From the NCBI GenBank assembly GCA_002269645.1, contig NIVC01002582.1, forward strand, positions 62,001 to 126,000: DNA of 64,000 nucleotides. The letters run 5' to 3'. Below, piece after piece: positions 41,951 to 54,469 of the stretch. The stretch's first letter is position 1, and each line of letters begins with the position of its first letter. The notes beneath the pieces are model-generated. The model did no database searches. It was not told the DNA's origin and saw nothing but the letters and a program-made list of their open reading frames with translations. The translations under genes and the position numbers were made by a program. Source of the DNA: Macrostomum lignano (lineage: Eukaryota).

Positions 41951-44900
41951 TCAACGGTTCGATTGCTTTGAGGCGGCGGAACCGCTGCCTCGGCCGCTGG
42001 CAGACTCCAGCTGGTGCTCCGACTCGACCGCCGCTGCCGCCGGGGGCGTCTCCTCCTCTCCGGCGCCGCCCCAGCGCTCCAATTCCTGACGCACCATGCG
42101 CTCCATCTTCTCCCGTTTCTCAGCCTCGCTGTCGCCCTCGCACTTGCCGATGGAGTCCAGCAGGCGACTCATCGTCTCGCGACGCTTCAGCTTGGCGCGC
42201 TCCATGCTCTCGAGTTTCAGCAGGACAGAGTCGATTCGATTCACGATGCCGCCGATGCTGTGCTCCATGCGGTCCACCCGGCGGGACAGCGTCGTGAACT
42301 CGTCGATGGGGACGCCGCTGCCGCCGCCGCCGCTGTTGCTACCGCTGGTGTTCGGTCGGCCGCCTCTGGTGGCGCTGCGCATCGAGCCGCGTAGGCTGAC
42401 AGCGCCGTCTCTGTCGTCGCCTGCCAGTTCGTCGTTGTCGGCGTCTCCGTCGTCGGCGCCGACGCCGGCGCTGCCCTGGCGCTGCTGCTCCGCGCGCTCA
42501 CTTTCGATTTGACTGTTCAGGGCGGCCTGAGGGGCGCGTGGCATGCGTGGTGGGGGGGAGGATTTCTTGACGGTTTTTTTGCCATGTATCCTTCTTTGAC
42601 CTCTAATTGTTCTGTAATAGCGCGATTCCTAATTCACCGCTTCTTGATTCACAGATTCCTGATTCACGGATTCCTGATTCACAGATTCCTGATTCACCGA
42701 TTCCTGATTCAAGGACTCTTGATTCACAGATTCCTGGTTCACTGATTCTAAATTTGCCATTTCGCTGCCTCACCTTTTGTCCCTCGAGCTCCCACTGCAT
42801 CTTGCGCTGCTCTTCTTCGTCCAGCACCCTATCGCCGTCCATGTCGTACCGGGCAAACAGGGCCTCAATTTCGCCGTCAGCGTAGCCTCGCCTTCAATTG
42901 TGATTGGCGGTTCGGAGGCCAAAAGTAAACGCACAATTTTTTGAGGCAAGCGATGTTTGTAAGAAGGGTGTCAGCTAGGGGTCAGTTGCTTGGAAAGACG
43001 TTCATCAAGATACTCGTATTAAAGTATTTTCGAGAACACCATATATGATATTGTCAGTAGAGGATGTTGTCAGTAGGAGATATTGTCCGTAGAGGATGTT
43101 GTCAGTAGGGGATATTGTCAGTAGGGGATATTGTCAGTAGGGGATGTTGTCAGTAGGTATTAGTGTCGGGAAATATGCTGTCAGATTGGCCAGCAGATCC
43201 CCAACTGTCTCAAACTCACATCTTCAATTCGGTTCGCCACTCCTCAAAGTCCAGCTGCCTGTCGTTGTTCATGTCAGCAGATTGCATCGCCCGTTGAATG
43301 TCGACGATTTTGTCGCGTCGCAGGTGCAGCTTGTCGAGGACACGGCCGGCTCGCTAGGAAAGAGAAGGGACGGTTTGAATCAGGAAAGAATAAAAGATTC
43401 GTATGGCCGACTTAAGCTGAATCTAAATGCCCTGCAATAAATTATGTATTCTCTTAATTGCTTAAGTTTGGCGTTGCTATGGCGACGAGCAAAGTGTTAC
43501 GACACAACATATAAAACTGGTCTGAACATCTAATACTATAGAAGCTTAATGGATCTGTAAGTGATGCGTTAAGCGTGATGCGCTATGTGTTTAATTTTTA
43601 ATGACATTAAATGCGAGAGTTCTATTGAACAGAATGTTAAAATTGATTTTAAGGATGAGTTCTCACAGACCTACATTGAAGCACACCTTGTGCTCCAGTT
43701 TGGCACCTCATGGTTCTCTTTTGGCGCATCTCACAGTTCCATTTGGGCACATCTTACAGATCCATTTGGGCACATCTTACAGATCCATTTGGGCACATCT
43801 TACAGATCCATTTGGGCACATCTTACAGATCCATTTGGGCACATCTTACAGATCCATTTTGGCACATCTTACAGTTCCATTTGGGCACATCTTACAGATC
43901 CATTTGGCACAGCAATTTGTCAGGGTTGCAGTGTTCCCTAATGCTCACGAATCACTTAATACTAACGATTATAGTATAGTCAATAAAACCCTACCTGCTT
44001 AAAATAGTCGGTCATCTCGAAGTCGTTCGGTTGATTAGCCAGGTTGCTCTTCACCTCGCTGTACGTGTCGTTAATGATCGCCAGGAACATGTTGATCAGC
44101 ACGAAGAAAACGAAGAACACGTACAGGATGAAGTAGATCGGGCCCAGCACTCGGTGCGCGTTCTGCAGACTGGCGAAGTCAAAATCGCCCAGAATGATGC
44201 GGAACAGCGTGAAAATGGCCTGCTGAAATTCTCTGAAGTCTTCAACTTTGGTGCCAAAGATCAGGTAGCCCAGCTGAGCAAAGGCGAAGAATACAATGAA
44301 GAACATCACGGCGAAGCCCAGTAAGTCTTTAGCGCAGGCGCCCAGAGTTGAGCTCAACTGCGTCATGGTCTTATTAAAGCTGATGTACTTGAAGATCTTC
44401 ACCCAGGCGAAGAACACCGTGATAGCGATGGCCTGGTTAAACTGTTCCTGCCAGAAGCTGAGGAAGTCGAAGTCCGGATATTGAGTCTCGTCCTCCAGTA
44501 GTCTGGTGAGCTTGTTCCCAACGCTGATGGTTCGGTAGATATTGAAGGCGGCGCAGACCAGGGCAATTACAATCACGACAATGTCAAGCCAGTTCCAGAA
44601 CGAGCTGAAATAAGCCAACTTGTGCCGCTTGATCTCGATGATCTCTTCAACAATGTAGTAGCAGATGAACAGCATGAAGATGCACTCGCAGGCCAGTACG
44701 AAATAGTCGATAGGTTCAACGTAGCGCAGAAGCTTCACAGTGCGAAACTCCCAAGAGGTGAAGCCGCCGCCAGTTGCCGGGAATTCAGCTATCAATTTGA
44801 TCACGCAGAACAGGTTAATGTTAGCGTTGTACACTGTGAAGTCAATGAACACAGCCCTAGTAGCCCTGTCAATCCACAGGCCATGGAAGAGTTCATCAAT

Positions 44901-47900
44901 TTTTGCAGTGGATTCTTCGCGGCTCCGGCCCAGATCGATGTAATATCCGCCGCCGTTGTACGTGGCGAGCTTGCCGGAGTAGCCGCGACCGTCTAGCTGT
45001 TGTTCGGTGCTGTAATTCCAAGCCGTCGAGTTCATGTAGCCGAACGGTTCGCGGCTCTCGGCGCTGCGGCTGTACATGGCGTAGCAGGCGCGGATGTTGG
45101 CGCGAAAATCTGTCGCGATTGAGCAGCTGTCGTTGCGGACTCGAACCTGGCGGACAGATTGCCATTTTTGGGCAGCGTTAATAACTATCTATAATGTTTC
45201 TAATTTGTAATTTATATAATGAGAATAATTTATTACGCCTGGCCTAATTTGACCAGATGTGCAACCGACAGCTCAGCCGCAGCTATTGCGCGGCGCATCT
45301 GAAGGCTGCGTACGGCTGTTCAGTCCAAGGACTGGGGAGTCGCCACACACAGCCTCAATTACCCCAGCCAATGCTGGCACCCATTTTACAGCTGGGTGAA
45401 CTGAAGCAATGCAGAGTTCAGTGTCTTGCTCAAGGACACGAATTGTTCCGAGTGGGTCGAGACTCCAACTCCCGACCTTTCAGTCGTGAGTCCAACATCC
45501 GAACCACTAGGCTACATCCCTTACAACACAACCCTTTTAGCACACGTCCGCGCATAAATAAGGAAACTTGCTGCTCTATTTTTAACTTATTTTATTGTTT
45601 TCCTTACTGATTTCACCAAAAACCCAAGCGTCCACCATGAATAGGACTGTCAAGGGGGGCATGGCGCAGCCCAGTGGTCAAGCACGGCGCTCTGATGAGC
45701 CAGCGGCCCAGACTCGATTCCAAGTGTGGTTACATTGACTTGGGGCTAAATTGGAATCTCGGTTTGGCTCTGCTCGTGCAATTAATGACCTTAGGGGCCA
45801 ACCCCCAAGTCACAGTGAAGTGTACATGCCTAACGATAGATAAAGTTAGGGCCGCTGTACACTCCTGTGTGAGTGTGTGCCTGTGCGTATGACTGTGTAC
45901 GTATCCGCGGCAGTAATGCCTCTCACTGGTTGTGAGACAATGTCGCTTAAAGTGCGCCAGGGTGCATTCCCGTTTGATTCATGGCCTCTCAGCAACTCCC
46001 GTTTAACCCTGTCATCTCTCAAAATTCCACATTGATTGATCAATCAAAATCAACAGCCAATCACCTGTCGCATCCTTGGTACGCCGAGCAGTTTGTTCTC
46101 ATAGTAGATGAAATTTCGCTCTCTCGGATCGGTCACATTGGCATTGTTATACCAGGTGTCCCAGTACAGGCCGGAGATCAGGGGGCCTTGAGCGAACTGA
46201 GGGTTTAATTATGAAAAATATCATGCCTTCGGTATTTTTCATTTTTTTTATTATTGTCACAGCAGTGTGCCAGGAAGCCGATCGCTCACCCCCCACCAGT
46301 CCGCGAAGTTCTTCACCGACGTAAAAGTAGCACCACTGGCGGTTGGCGTGGTCAGGAACAGCGAGTTCATCACGAACGTGTAATAGTACATTGTTGACGA
46401 GGTCATGCCGAAGGTCACTGGAATTATAAGTAGTTAATTTTACTTTCTGAATTTTTCCTTGTTAAACACTAAAAATGACTGTCACTGATTTGACTTTCAC
46501 TGATTTGACTTTCACTGATTTGACTTTCACTGATTTGACTGTCACTGATTTGACTGTCACTGATTTGACTATCACTGATTTGACTGATTTGACTGTCACT
46601 GATTTGACTGTCACTGATTTGACTGTCACTGGTTTGACTGTCACTGATTTGACTGTCACTGATTTGACTGTCACTGATTTGACTGTCACTGGTTTGACTG
46701 TCACTGATTTGACTGTCACTGGTTTGACTGTCACTGATTTGAGTGTCACTGATTTGACTGTCACTGATTTGACTGTCATTGGTTTGACTGTCACTGATTT
46801 GACTGTCACTGTTTTGACTGTCACTGTTTTGACTGTCACTGTTTTGACTGTCACTGTTTTGACTGTCACTGTTTTGACTGTCACTGTTTTGACTGTCACT
46901 GACTGTCACTGCTTGACTGTCACTGTTTTGACTATCCCTTACTGTCACTGATTTGACTGTCACTGTTTTGACTGCCACTGCTTGAGTGTCACTGCTTGAC
47001 TGTCACTGTTTTGACTGTCACTGACTGTCACTGCTTGACTGTCACTATTTTGGTTGCCATGGATCAATCTCTGGCCCCAACCTAAACTTCAATTCTAACC
47101 CTAATTACCCTAACCCTAAACTTTCTGTGCTCTATGCAGTGCCCCATACAATTTGAATTTATAAGTACGTAAATTCGATAATAAGTCAGTGAAAGTGACA
47201 TACAGATCATTAGCACTATCAGGAACAGGCAGTACACGATGAGCTCTCTCAGGGTGGTCTTGATGTACAGCTCTCGGTTCTCGCGAGTATCCATGGTGTA
47301 ATTGGTGCGCCACACAACTGCATTTCGTGAAATGGTGATTTTGTGTGCATCGTACGAGAAGTGTGATTGTCACAGGAAAGCAGAGGTGTAAAATTAAACT
47401 ACACGTTTATAATAGCCGTGATTTAAATAAAAGAAGCAAATAAAGTTGTTTAAATTTAGGCATTATAAATTATTACGAATGCAGATGACCACCAGGAATA
47501 GGCAGTACATGACCAGCTCGCGCAGAGTGGTCTTGATTTTCAACTCAGCGTTCTGCGACACATCCTCCGTGTCCTTTGTCATCCAGACGGCTGAGTGAGT
47601 CGATTTTAGATAAATGATATAGTCTTGGTTACCAGGAGCCTAGCCAGGGGAGCGGCTAGATGGGGTCGCCACCCTCACACTCCCTGACCCCCCTGTTCAA
47701 AGTTTTAACAGTTTTCCAACAGCTCCTTTGGTGCCATCGGTGCCCGTTTGGTGTCGGTGTGCCGTTTGATGTCGGTGTGCCGTTTCATGTCGGTGTGCCG
47801 TTTGATGTCGGTGTGCCGTTTCATGTCGGTGTGCCGTTTGATGTCGGTGTGCCGTTTCATGTCGGTGTGCCGTTTGATTTCGGTGTGCCGTTTGATGTCG

Positions 47901-49777
47901 GTGTGCCGTTTGATGTCGGTGTGCCGTTTGATGTCGGTGTGCCGTTTGATGTCGTTGTTCCATTTGGTGTCGGTGTGCCGTTTCATGTCGGTGTGCCGTT
48001 TCATGTCGGTGTGCCGTTTCATGTCGGTGTGCCGTTTCATGTCGGTGTGCCGTTTCATGTCGGTGTGCCGTTTATTGTCGGTGTACCGTTTCATGTCGGT
48101 GTCCCGTTTCATATCGGTGTCCCGTTTCATATCGGTGTCCCGTTTGATTTCGGTGTGCCATTTAGTGTCAGTGTGCCTTTTGGTGTCGGTGTGCCGTTTG
48201 GTGTCGGTGTGCCGTCTCATGTCGGTGTGCTGTTTATTGTCGGTGTGCCGTTTGGTTTCGGTGTGCCGTTTGGTGTCGGTGTGCCGTTTGGTGTCGGTGT
48301 GCCGTTTGGTGTCGGTGTGCCGTTTGGTGTCGGTGTGCCGTTTGGTGTCGGCGTGCCGTTTATTGTCGGTGTGCCATTTAGTGTCAGTATCTGTCCATCT
48401 GGCCCACGAAGCCTCTCTATCTGTCCATCTGGGTCCTTTGAAACTTTACAATAATATAGCGATCCAGTCTGCTCAAGGTTTGGATCTCTTCTCAAATCTT
48501 TTTCTTCTCTCCTCTTGTCTCCACTCTTCTCCTTTATTCCCTTTCCTCTCATCTTTTCTCCAATCTCTCTTCTCTCCCCTCTCCCCTTCTATGGCCCAGA
48601 GTCATGCGTTCATCGGTTCTCCCGGGCAAATGGGGGCAAATGGGGGCGTCGAGTGTACAAGCCGTTGAAAAAAACTTACCGCGCACGCCTCTCTTAAACT
48701 TTCCCCAGCATCCGGTAGCCTCATCATCGGTGCCATTATTAGCCGGCATGATAGCCGCCTGGCTGCCAAAGTTCGACGAGTTCTCCAGCTGTTCGGCTGC
48801 GGCAGAAGTTGTCGGATTGTCGGCGTTGGCTTCCCAGGCCTGAATGGAACGATGAGGATTAGGGTAGACAGTTAGCCCGAAATTGTGTTAGTTGAATGTA
48901 GGGCGCAGTTTCTGCGAAAGCAACTCCCTCTTGAGCCGTGTCTTTAACCCTAAATCTCCCCTTGATTCTTAGCATCTCAGTATGAAGGGGTTGTAGCCTG
49001 TTGGTTAGAGCGCAGGACTCACGACTTGAAGGGCGGGGGTTCGATTCTCGACTCAATCGGAACAATTTGTGTCCTTGAGCAAGACACTTAACTCTGCATT
49101 GCTTCAGTTCACCCATATGTAAAATGGGTGCCAGCATTAGCTGGGGTAATTGAGGGTGTGTGTGGTGACCCCCCAGTCCTTGGACTGAACAGCCGTACGC
49201 AGCCTTCAGGTGCGCCGCGCAATAGCTGCGGCTGAGCTGTCGGTTGCACATCTGGCCATTAGTCGTAGTCGTCGTGTCGCACAATCGGCGATAGGCATTA
49301 CTGCCCATTCCGCCGACTCCCCTGAGCAGGCAAACACTCACACAAGAGTGTACAGCGGCTCTAACTTTATTTATCGTTAGGCATGTACACTTCACTGTGC
49401 CTTGGGGGTTGGCCCTCAGTGGTGTTAATTGCACGCGCAGAGCCAAGCCGAGATTCCAATTCAGCCCCAAATTAATGTGACTGCACTTGGAATCGAGCCT
49501 GGGCCGCTGGAACATGGATCAGAGCGCCGCGATGGACTACTGGTGGGTTACGGCTTTACCGTCTTAGCTCTTTTGTACGGAACTATACAGTGGTCATGAC
49601 GGTTCTCACCTGACTGCCGCCAAGTTGACCACGCGACTGGGCCGACCCAGTCCTCACAACGTCGTCGTCGTGGACGGTGCGACGCGATTTGGCGCTCGAC
49701 GCCTGCGGCTGCGTCTGCTGCTGCTCGGCTCCGCTAGCAGATTTTCGACTCCTAGCGCTGGCTGGTCTCGACGCCAT
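41951..49777 (-). CDS. PKD2: Polycystin-2 (TRPP2-type channel), predicted 893 aa
   Basis: Exons 49777-49610, 48839-48680, [47590-47477 or 47317-47204], 46417-46290, 46196-46065, 45146-43995, 43353-43220, 42891-42774 and 42526-41951; all GT-AG and in phase, 2682 nt in total. Motifs [40 protein letters not shown] and [15 protein letters not shown], two EF-hand-like loops and a coiled coil. Confidence 0.95.
42625..42745. repeat. 15-bp minisatellite GATTCACAGATTCCT (PKD2 intron)
   Basis: About 8 copies. Confidence 0.85.
43045..43160. repeat. 16-bp minisatellite GATRTTGTCAGTAGRR (PKD2 intron)
   Basis: About 7 copies. Confidence 0.8.
43735..43905. repeat. 23-bp minisatellite CCATTTGGGCACATCTTACAGAT (PKD2 intron)
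   Basis: About 7 copies. Confidence 0.88.
45252..45520 (-). mobile_element. tRNA/CORE-type SINE (family 1), full length
   Basis: Reverse complement of the 48987 copy; A/B-box-like head, then GTCCTTGAGCAAGACACT...CAGTTCACCCAGCTGTAAAATGGG. Confidence 0.85.
45654..45970 (+). mobile_element. tRNA-headed SINE (family 2)
   Basis: CAGTGGTCAAG and CTCGATTCC boxes; body GGCCAACCCCCAAG..ACAGTGAAGTGTACATGCCTAACGAT shared with the copies at 49270 and 57118. Confidence 0.8.
46475..47050. repeat. 15-bp minisatellite TGACTGTCACTG(A/G/T)TT (PKD2 intron)
   Basis: About 35 copies. Confidence 0.93.
47204..47317 (-). CDS. PKD2: PKD2 alternative exon 3b (pre-S1/S1), 114 nt
   Basis: AG|TTGTGTGG...ATCT|GTATGT; encodes [37 protein letters not shown]. 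Confidence 0.85.
47477..47590 (-). CDS. PKD2: PKD2 alternative exon 3a (pre-S1/S1), 114 nt
   Basis: AG|CCGTCTGG...ATTC|GTAATA; encodes [37 protein letters not shown]. Confidence 0.85.
47740..48385. repeat. 18-bp minisatellite TGTCGGTGTGCCGTTT(CA/GA/GG) (PKD2 intron)
   Basis: About 35 copies. Confidence 0.93.
48987..49260 (+). mobile_element. tRNA/CORE-type SINE (family 1), full length
   Basis: GGGGTTGTAGCCTGTTGGTTAGAGCG...GGTTCGATTCTC head followed by a CORE-like central domain. Confidence 0.85.
49270..49545 (-). mobile_element. tRNA-headed SINE (family 2)
   Basis: Reverse complement of the 45654 copy; abuts the family 1 copy tail-to-tail. Confidence 0.8.
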
Positions 49778-51029
49778 GGGCAGTTTTGTGCTGTTTTCTC
49801 TCGTTGTTTCGCGAATGAATTGTCTGGAAGATAAAGCGTTATAGAGCGGTCACTCTGTCAAATTGTTCAATGGACGTACGGGTTTGTTACATGTAGCTAA
49901 AATCAAAGCGAAGTTCAAAGGCTACCGGACGAGCGACTCTGGAGAGGGACTCCGGAGCTGCCCACGGTCGCCCAGGGTTAGCGGAGTTATCTGGACGCCC
50001 GGGAGCCCCTTGCAGCTAAGTCAAGTGCGCCAATAAAATGGCTCTATGCTGTCTATGGCCTTCCTTTGTTTATATGTTACAAAGTTTGTTTCTGCCAAGA
50101 TACTGTTTCCTTTCGTGACGTAGTCTAGCTAGAGATCAGGGCGTAAGACTGCTGATGTGTCTAGACCTACATTTTCTTTTTTTATTTATTCTAAAATGTG
50201 CCCCATGGTTGCAAGGTAAGATTAGGTAGCAGGTATTTAACTAGACGCTGTTATGACTTACCAAAGCAGTTTACCTCTCGAAGCTGTCTTCCTCAGTTTC
50301 TCGCTCGATGCGTCAGCTCATTTCCCTATCGCTCTCCCCTTAAATCCCCTTCGCTGGGATGGAATCTGAGGGGAGGCGGGGAGGCTGTGGGCGCTTCATC
50401 CCTCTCCGCCGTCTGTTTGTTGTGAGAAAATAATCAAAATTTGTTATTCGGTTGCTAGGAGCAACAAAAATTGCAGCTTAGATACAGTAGAAGTAAGCGA
50501 GATGAAGCTTTATCCACACAACAATTGAGGAGGTAGGTGAGCAGTCTCTCAATTCTCCAAAATCCACCCCAATCAAACAAAGTGAAGCCCGTAGGCACTA
50601 AAAGGATTTTCCTCCGCATTAAATTTTCAACAGAGCGTCACTGCTCTCCGGGCGCCATTACAAGCTAGCTATCTCTGGGACTGCGCAAAACGAGAGAGAA
50701 AGAGCGAGATAAAAAAATACTCCCCGAGAAATTGATTCCATTGAGTGTCTGTCGGCCCATTGTATTTTGTCTGGCAGTGTGGCAGGTGAAATGCAGCCTT
50801 TTAATTCTGCATCAGACACGCTTCGTTGCGATGTAATTTTTCTGTTGAAGTGGCTGATGAAGATGATTGATGCTGAGTCTTGCTGCTCGGGATTTGATTA
50901 AAAATTATCTGCATATCTTCGCTGTGCAAATCGACAAATTTCATTCAAATAGAGAGCTAGAAATAACTATGCATGAATGAAGATTTTTTATTTAATAAAT
51001 CATATTATTACTCCCTTGATAATTTTCTG

Positions 51030-52365
51030 TCCTGTCAGTTCCTATCAGTTCTTATCAGTTCCTATCAGTTCTTATCAGTTCCTATCAGTTCCTATCAGTT
51101 CTTATCAGTTCCTGTCAGTTCCTGTCAGTTCTTATCAGTTCCTGTCAGTTCCTGTCAGTTCCTGTCAGTTCCTGTCAGTTCTTATTAGTTCCTGTCAGTT
51201 CCTGTCAGTTCCTATCAGTTCTTATCAGTTCCTATCAGTTCCTATCAGTTCCTGTCAGTTCCTGTCAGTTCCTGTCAGTTCTTATCAGTTCCTGTCAGTT
51301 CCTGTCAGTTCCTATCAGTTCCTGTCAGTTCCTGTCAGTTCCTGTCAGTTCCTGTCAGTTCCTATCAGTTCCTATCAGTTCCTATCAGTTCTTATCAGTT
51401 CCTGTCAGTTCCTATCAGTTCCTATCAGTTCCTGTCAGTTCTTATCAGTTCCTATCAGTTCCTATCAGTTCCTGTCAGTTCCTATCAGTTCCTATCAGTT
51501 CCTGTCAGTTCTTATCAGTTCCTGTCAGTTCCTATCAGTTCCTGTCAGTTCCTATCAGTTCCTATCAGTTCCTGTCAGTTCTTATCAGTTCCTGTCAGTT
51601 CCTGTCAGTTCTTATCAGTTCCTGTCAGTTCTTATCAGTTCCTGTCAGTTCCTGTCAGTTCCTATCAGTTCCTGTCAGTTCCTGTCAGTTCCTGTCAGTT
51701 CCTATCAGTTCTTATCAGTTTCTATCAGTTCCTATCAGTTCCTGTCAGTTCCTGTCAGTTCCTGTCAGTTCCTGTCAGTTCCTGTCAGTTCCTGACAGTT
51801 CCTATCAGTTCCTGTCAGTTCCTGTCAGTTCCTGTCAGTTCCTATCAGTTCCTGTCAGTTCCCATCAGTTCTTATCAGTTCCTATCAGTTCCTATCAGTT
51901 CCTATCAGTTCCTGTCAGTTCCTATCAGTTCCTGTCAGTTCCTATCAGTTCTTATCAGTTCCTATCAGTTCCTATCAGTTCCTGTCAGTTCCTGTCAGTT
52001 CCTATCAGTTCCTATCAGTTCCTGTCAGTTCCTATCAGTTCCTGTCAGTTCCTATCAGTTCTTATCAGTTCCTATCAGTTCCTATCAGTTCCTGTCAGTT
52101 CCTGTCAGTTCTTATCAGTTCCTGTCAGTTCTTATCAGTTCCTATCAGTTCCTATCAGTTCCTGTCAGTTCCTATCAGTTCCTGTCAGTTCCTATCAGTT
52201 CTTATCAGTTCCTATCAGTTCCTATCAGTTCCTGTCAGTTCCTATCAGTTCCTGTCAGTTCCTATCAGTTCCTGTCAGTTCCTGTCAGTTCCTATCAGTT
52301 CCTGTCAGTTCCTATCAGTTCCCGTCAGTTCCTATCAGTTCCTATCAGTTCCTGTCAGTTCATGT
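51030..52365. repeat. 10-bp satellite C(C/T)T(G/A)TCAGTT
   Basis: About 130 copies of three variants. Confidence 0.96.
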
Positions 52366-52859
52366 GAGTTCCTTTCTGTTCTCAAACGATTTCTAGAAAC
52401 AGTCTTTTTACATTTCGGTTTGTTATAGTTGTCGATTATTTAATGTCATTTTTTATCTAATAAATGTACTGTTGGCAAATACTAAATAAATAATTTTAAA
52501 CGACAGTTGAGCACTATGCTGCACTATTATCTTATCCCCTAATGTTCTTAATACAAAAATCACATTAGAATGCTTGATACGATCTCCAAGCAGTCTGAGA
52601 ATCCGTAAGATAAAGAAGTTCGAAGTTCACACAGCACGCCAAGTTGTTGTGCACAGCTTGTCTGTTGGCACTTTTGAGTTGACCTCAGTAGAAATGCTTT
52701 AAATAGCGTTGAAATTTAACGCTGTACTTTAACAAAACAACTTTCTCTTTGCAAGCTCAACTGTTGCTATCTTTGCCTAAAAACAAGGTCAGTCAAACGT
52801 TTGTCTGATTATTTACGTTTTATTTTATTGCAAACATTTTTTGTGCTATTAGACCTTGG

Positions 52860-54375
52860 TAGATGTTTAAACAGGTGTCAGGATCCTTAAACAGGTGTCA
52901 GGATGCTTAAACAGGTGTCAGGATGCTTAAACAGGTGTCAGGATCCTTAAACAGGTGTCAGGATGGTTAAACGGGTGTCAGGATCCTTAAACAGGTGTCA
53001 GGATGCTTAAACAGGTGTCAGGATGCTTAAACAGGTGTCAGGATGCTTAAACAGGTGTCAGGATGCTTAAACAGGTGTCAGGATGCTTAAACAGGTGTCA
53101 GGATGCTTAAACAGGCGTCGGGATACTTAAACAGGTGTCAGGATGCTTAAACAGGTGTCAGGATACTTAAACAGGTGTCAGGATGCTTAAACAGGTGTCA
53201 GGATGCTTAAACAGGTGTCAGGATGCTTAAACAGGTGTCAGAATGGTTAAACAGGTGTCAGGATGCTTAAACAGGTGTCAGGATGCTTAAACAGGTGTCA
53301 GGATGCTTAAACAGTTGTCAGGATGGTTAAACAGGTGTCAGGATGCTTAAACAGGTGTCAGGATGCTTAAACAGGTGTCAGGATGCTTAAACAGGTGTCA
53401 GGATGCTTAAAAAGGTGTCAGGATGCTTAAACAGGTGTCATTAGGATCCTTAAACAGGTGTCAGGATGCTTAAACAGGTGTCAGGATGCTTAAACAGGTG
53501 TCAGGATGCTTAAACAGGTGTCATTAGGATCCATAAACAGGTGTCAGGATGCTTAAACAGGTGTCAGGATGCTTAAACAGGTGTCAGGATGCTTAAACAG
53601 GTGTCAGGATCCTTAAACAGGTGTCAGGATGGTTAAACGGGTGTCAGGATCCTTAAACAGGTGTCAGGATGCTTAAACAGGTGTCAGGATGCTTAAACAG
53701 GTGTCAGGATGCTTAAACAGGTGTCAGGATGCTTAAACAGGTGTCAGGATGCTTAAACAGGTGTCAGGATGCTTAAACAGGTGTCGGGATACTTAAACAG
53801 GTGTCAGGATGCTTAAACAGGTGTCGGGATACTTAAACAGGTGTCAGGATACTTAAACAGGTGTCAGGATGCTTAAACAGGTGTCAGGATGCTTAAACAG
53901 GTGTCAGAATGGTTAAACAGCTGTCAGGATGCTTAAACAGGTGTCAGGATGCTTAAACAGGTGTCAGGATGCTTAAACAGTTGTCAGGATGGTTAAACAG
54001 GTGTCAGGATGCTTAAACAGGTGTCAGGATGCTTAAACAGGTGTCAGGATGCTTAAACAGGTGTCAGGATGCTTAAAAAGGTGTCAGGATGCTTAAACAG
54101 GTGTCATTAGGATCCTTAAACAGGTGTCAGGATGCTTAAACAGGTGTCAGGATGCTTAAACAGGTGTCAGGATGCTTAAACAGGTGTCATTAGGATCCAT
54201 AAACAGGTGTCAGGATGCTTAAACAGGTGTCAGGATGCTTAAACAGGTGTCAGGATGCTCAAACAGGTGTCAGGATGGTTAAACAGGTGTCAGGATGCTT
54301 AAACAGGTGTCAGGATGCTTAAACAGGTGTCAGGATGCTTAAACGGGTGTCAGGATGCTTAAACAGGTGTCAGGA
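52860..54375. repeat. 20-bp satellite AAACAGGTGTCAGGATGCTT with a ~666-bp higher-order duplication
   Basis: About 75 copies; rare variants recur 666 bp apart (AAAAAGG at 53409 and 54075; the TCATTAGGAT insertions likewise). Confidence 0.95.
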
Positions 54376-54469
54376 CGCGCGTACAGAAGATTGTGTGACC
54401 TCCGTTACGTTTAACTTAGCATCAGTAAAAATTATTACAATACTCAACTCGCCAGCTCAGACCGTCAGC

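Noticed and set aside
47085-47120. Degenerate CCCTAA telomere-like motifs
   Set aside because: Only two or three imperfect units, which is too short to call an interstitial telomere.
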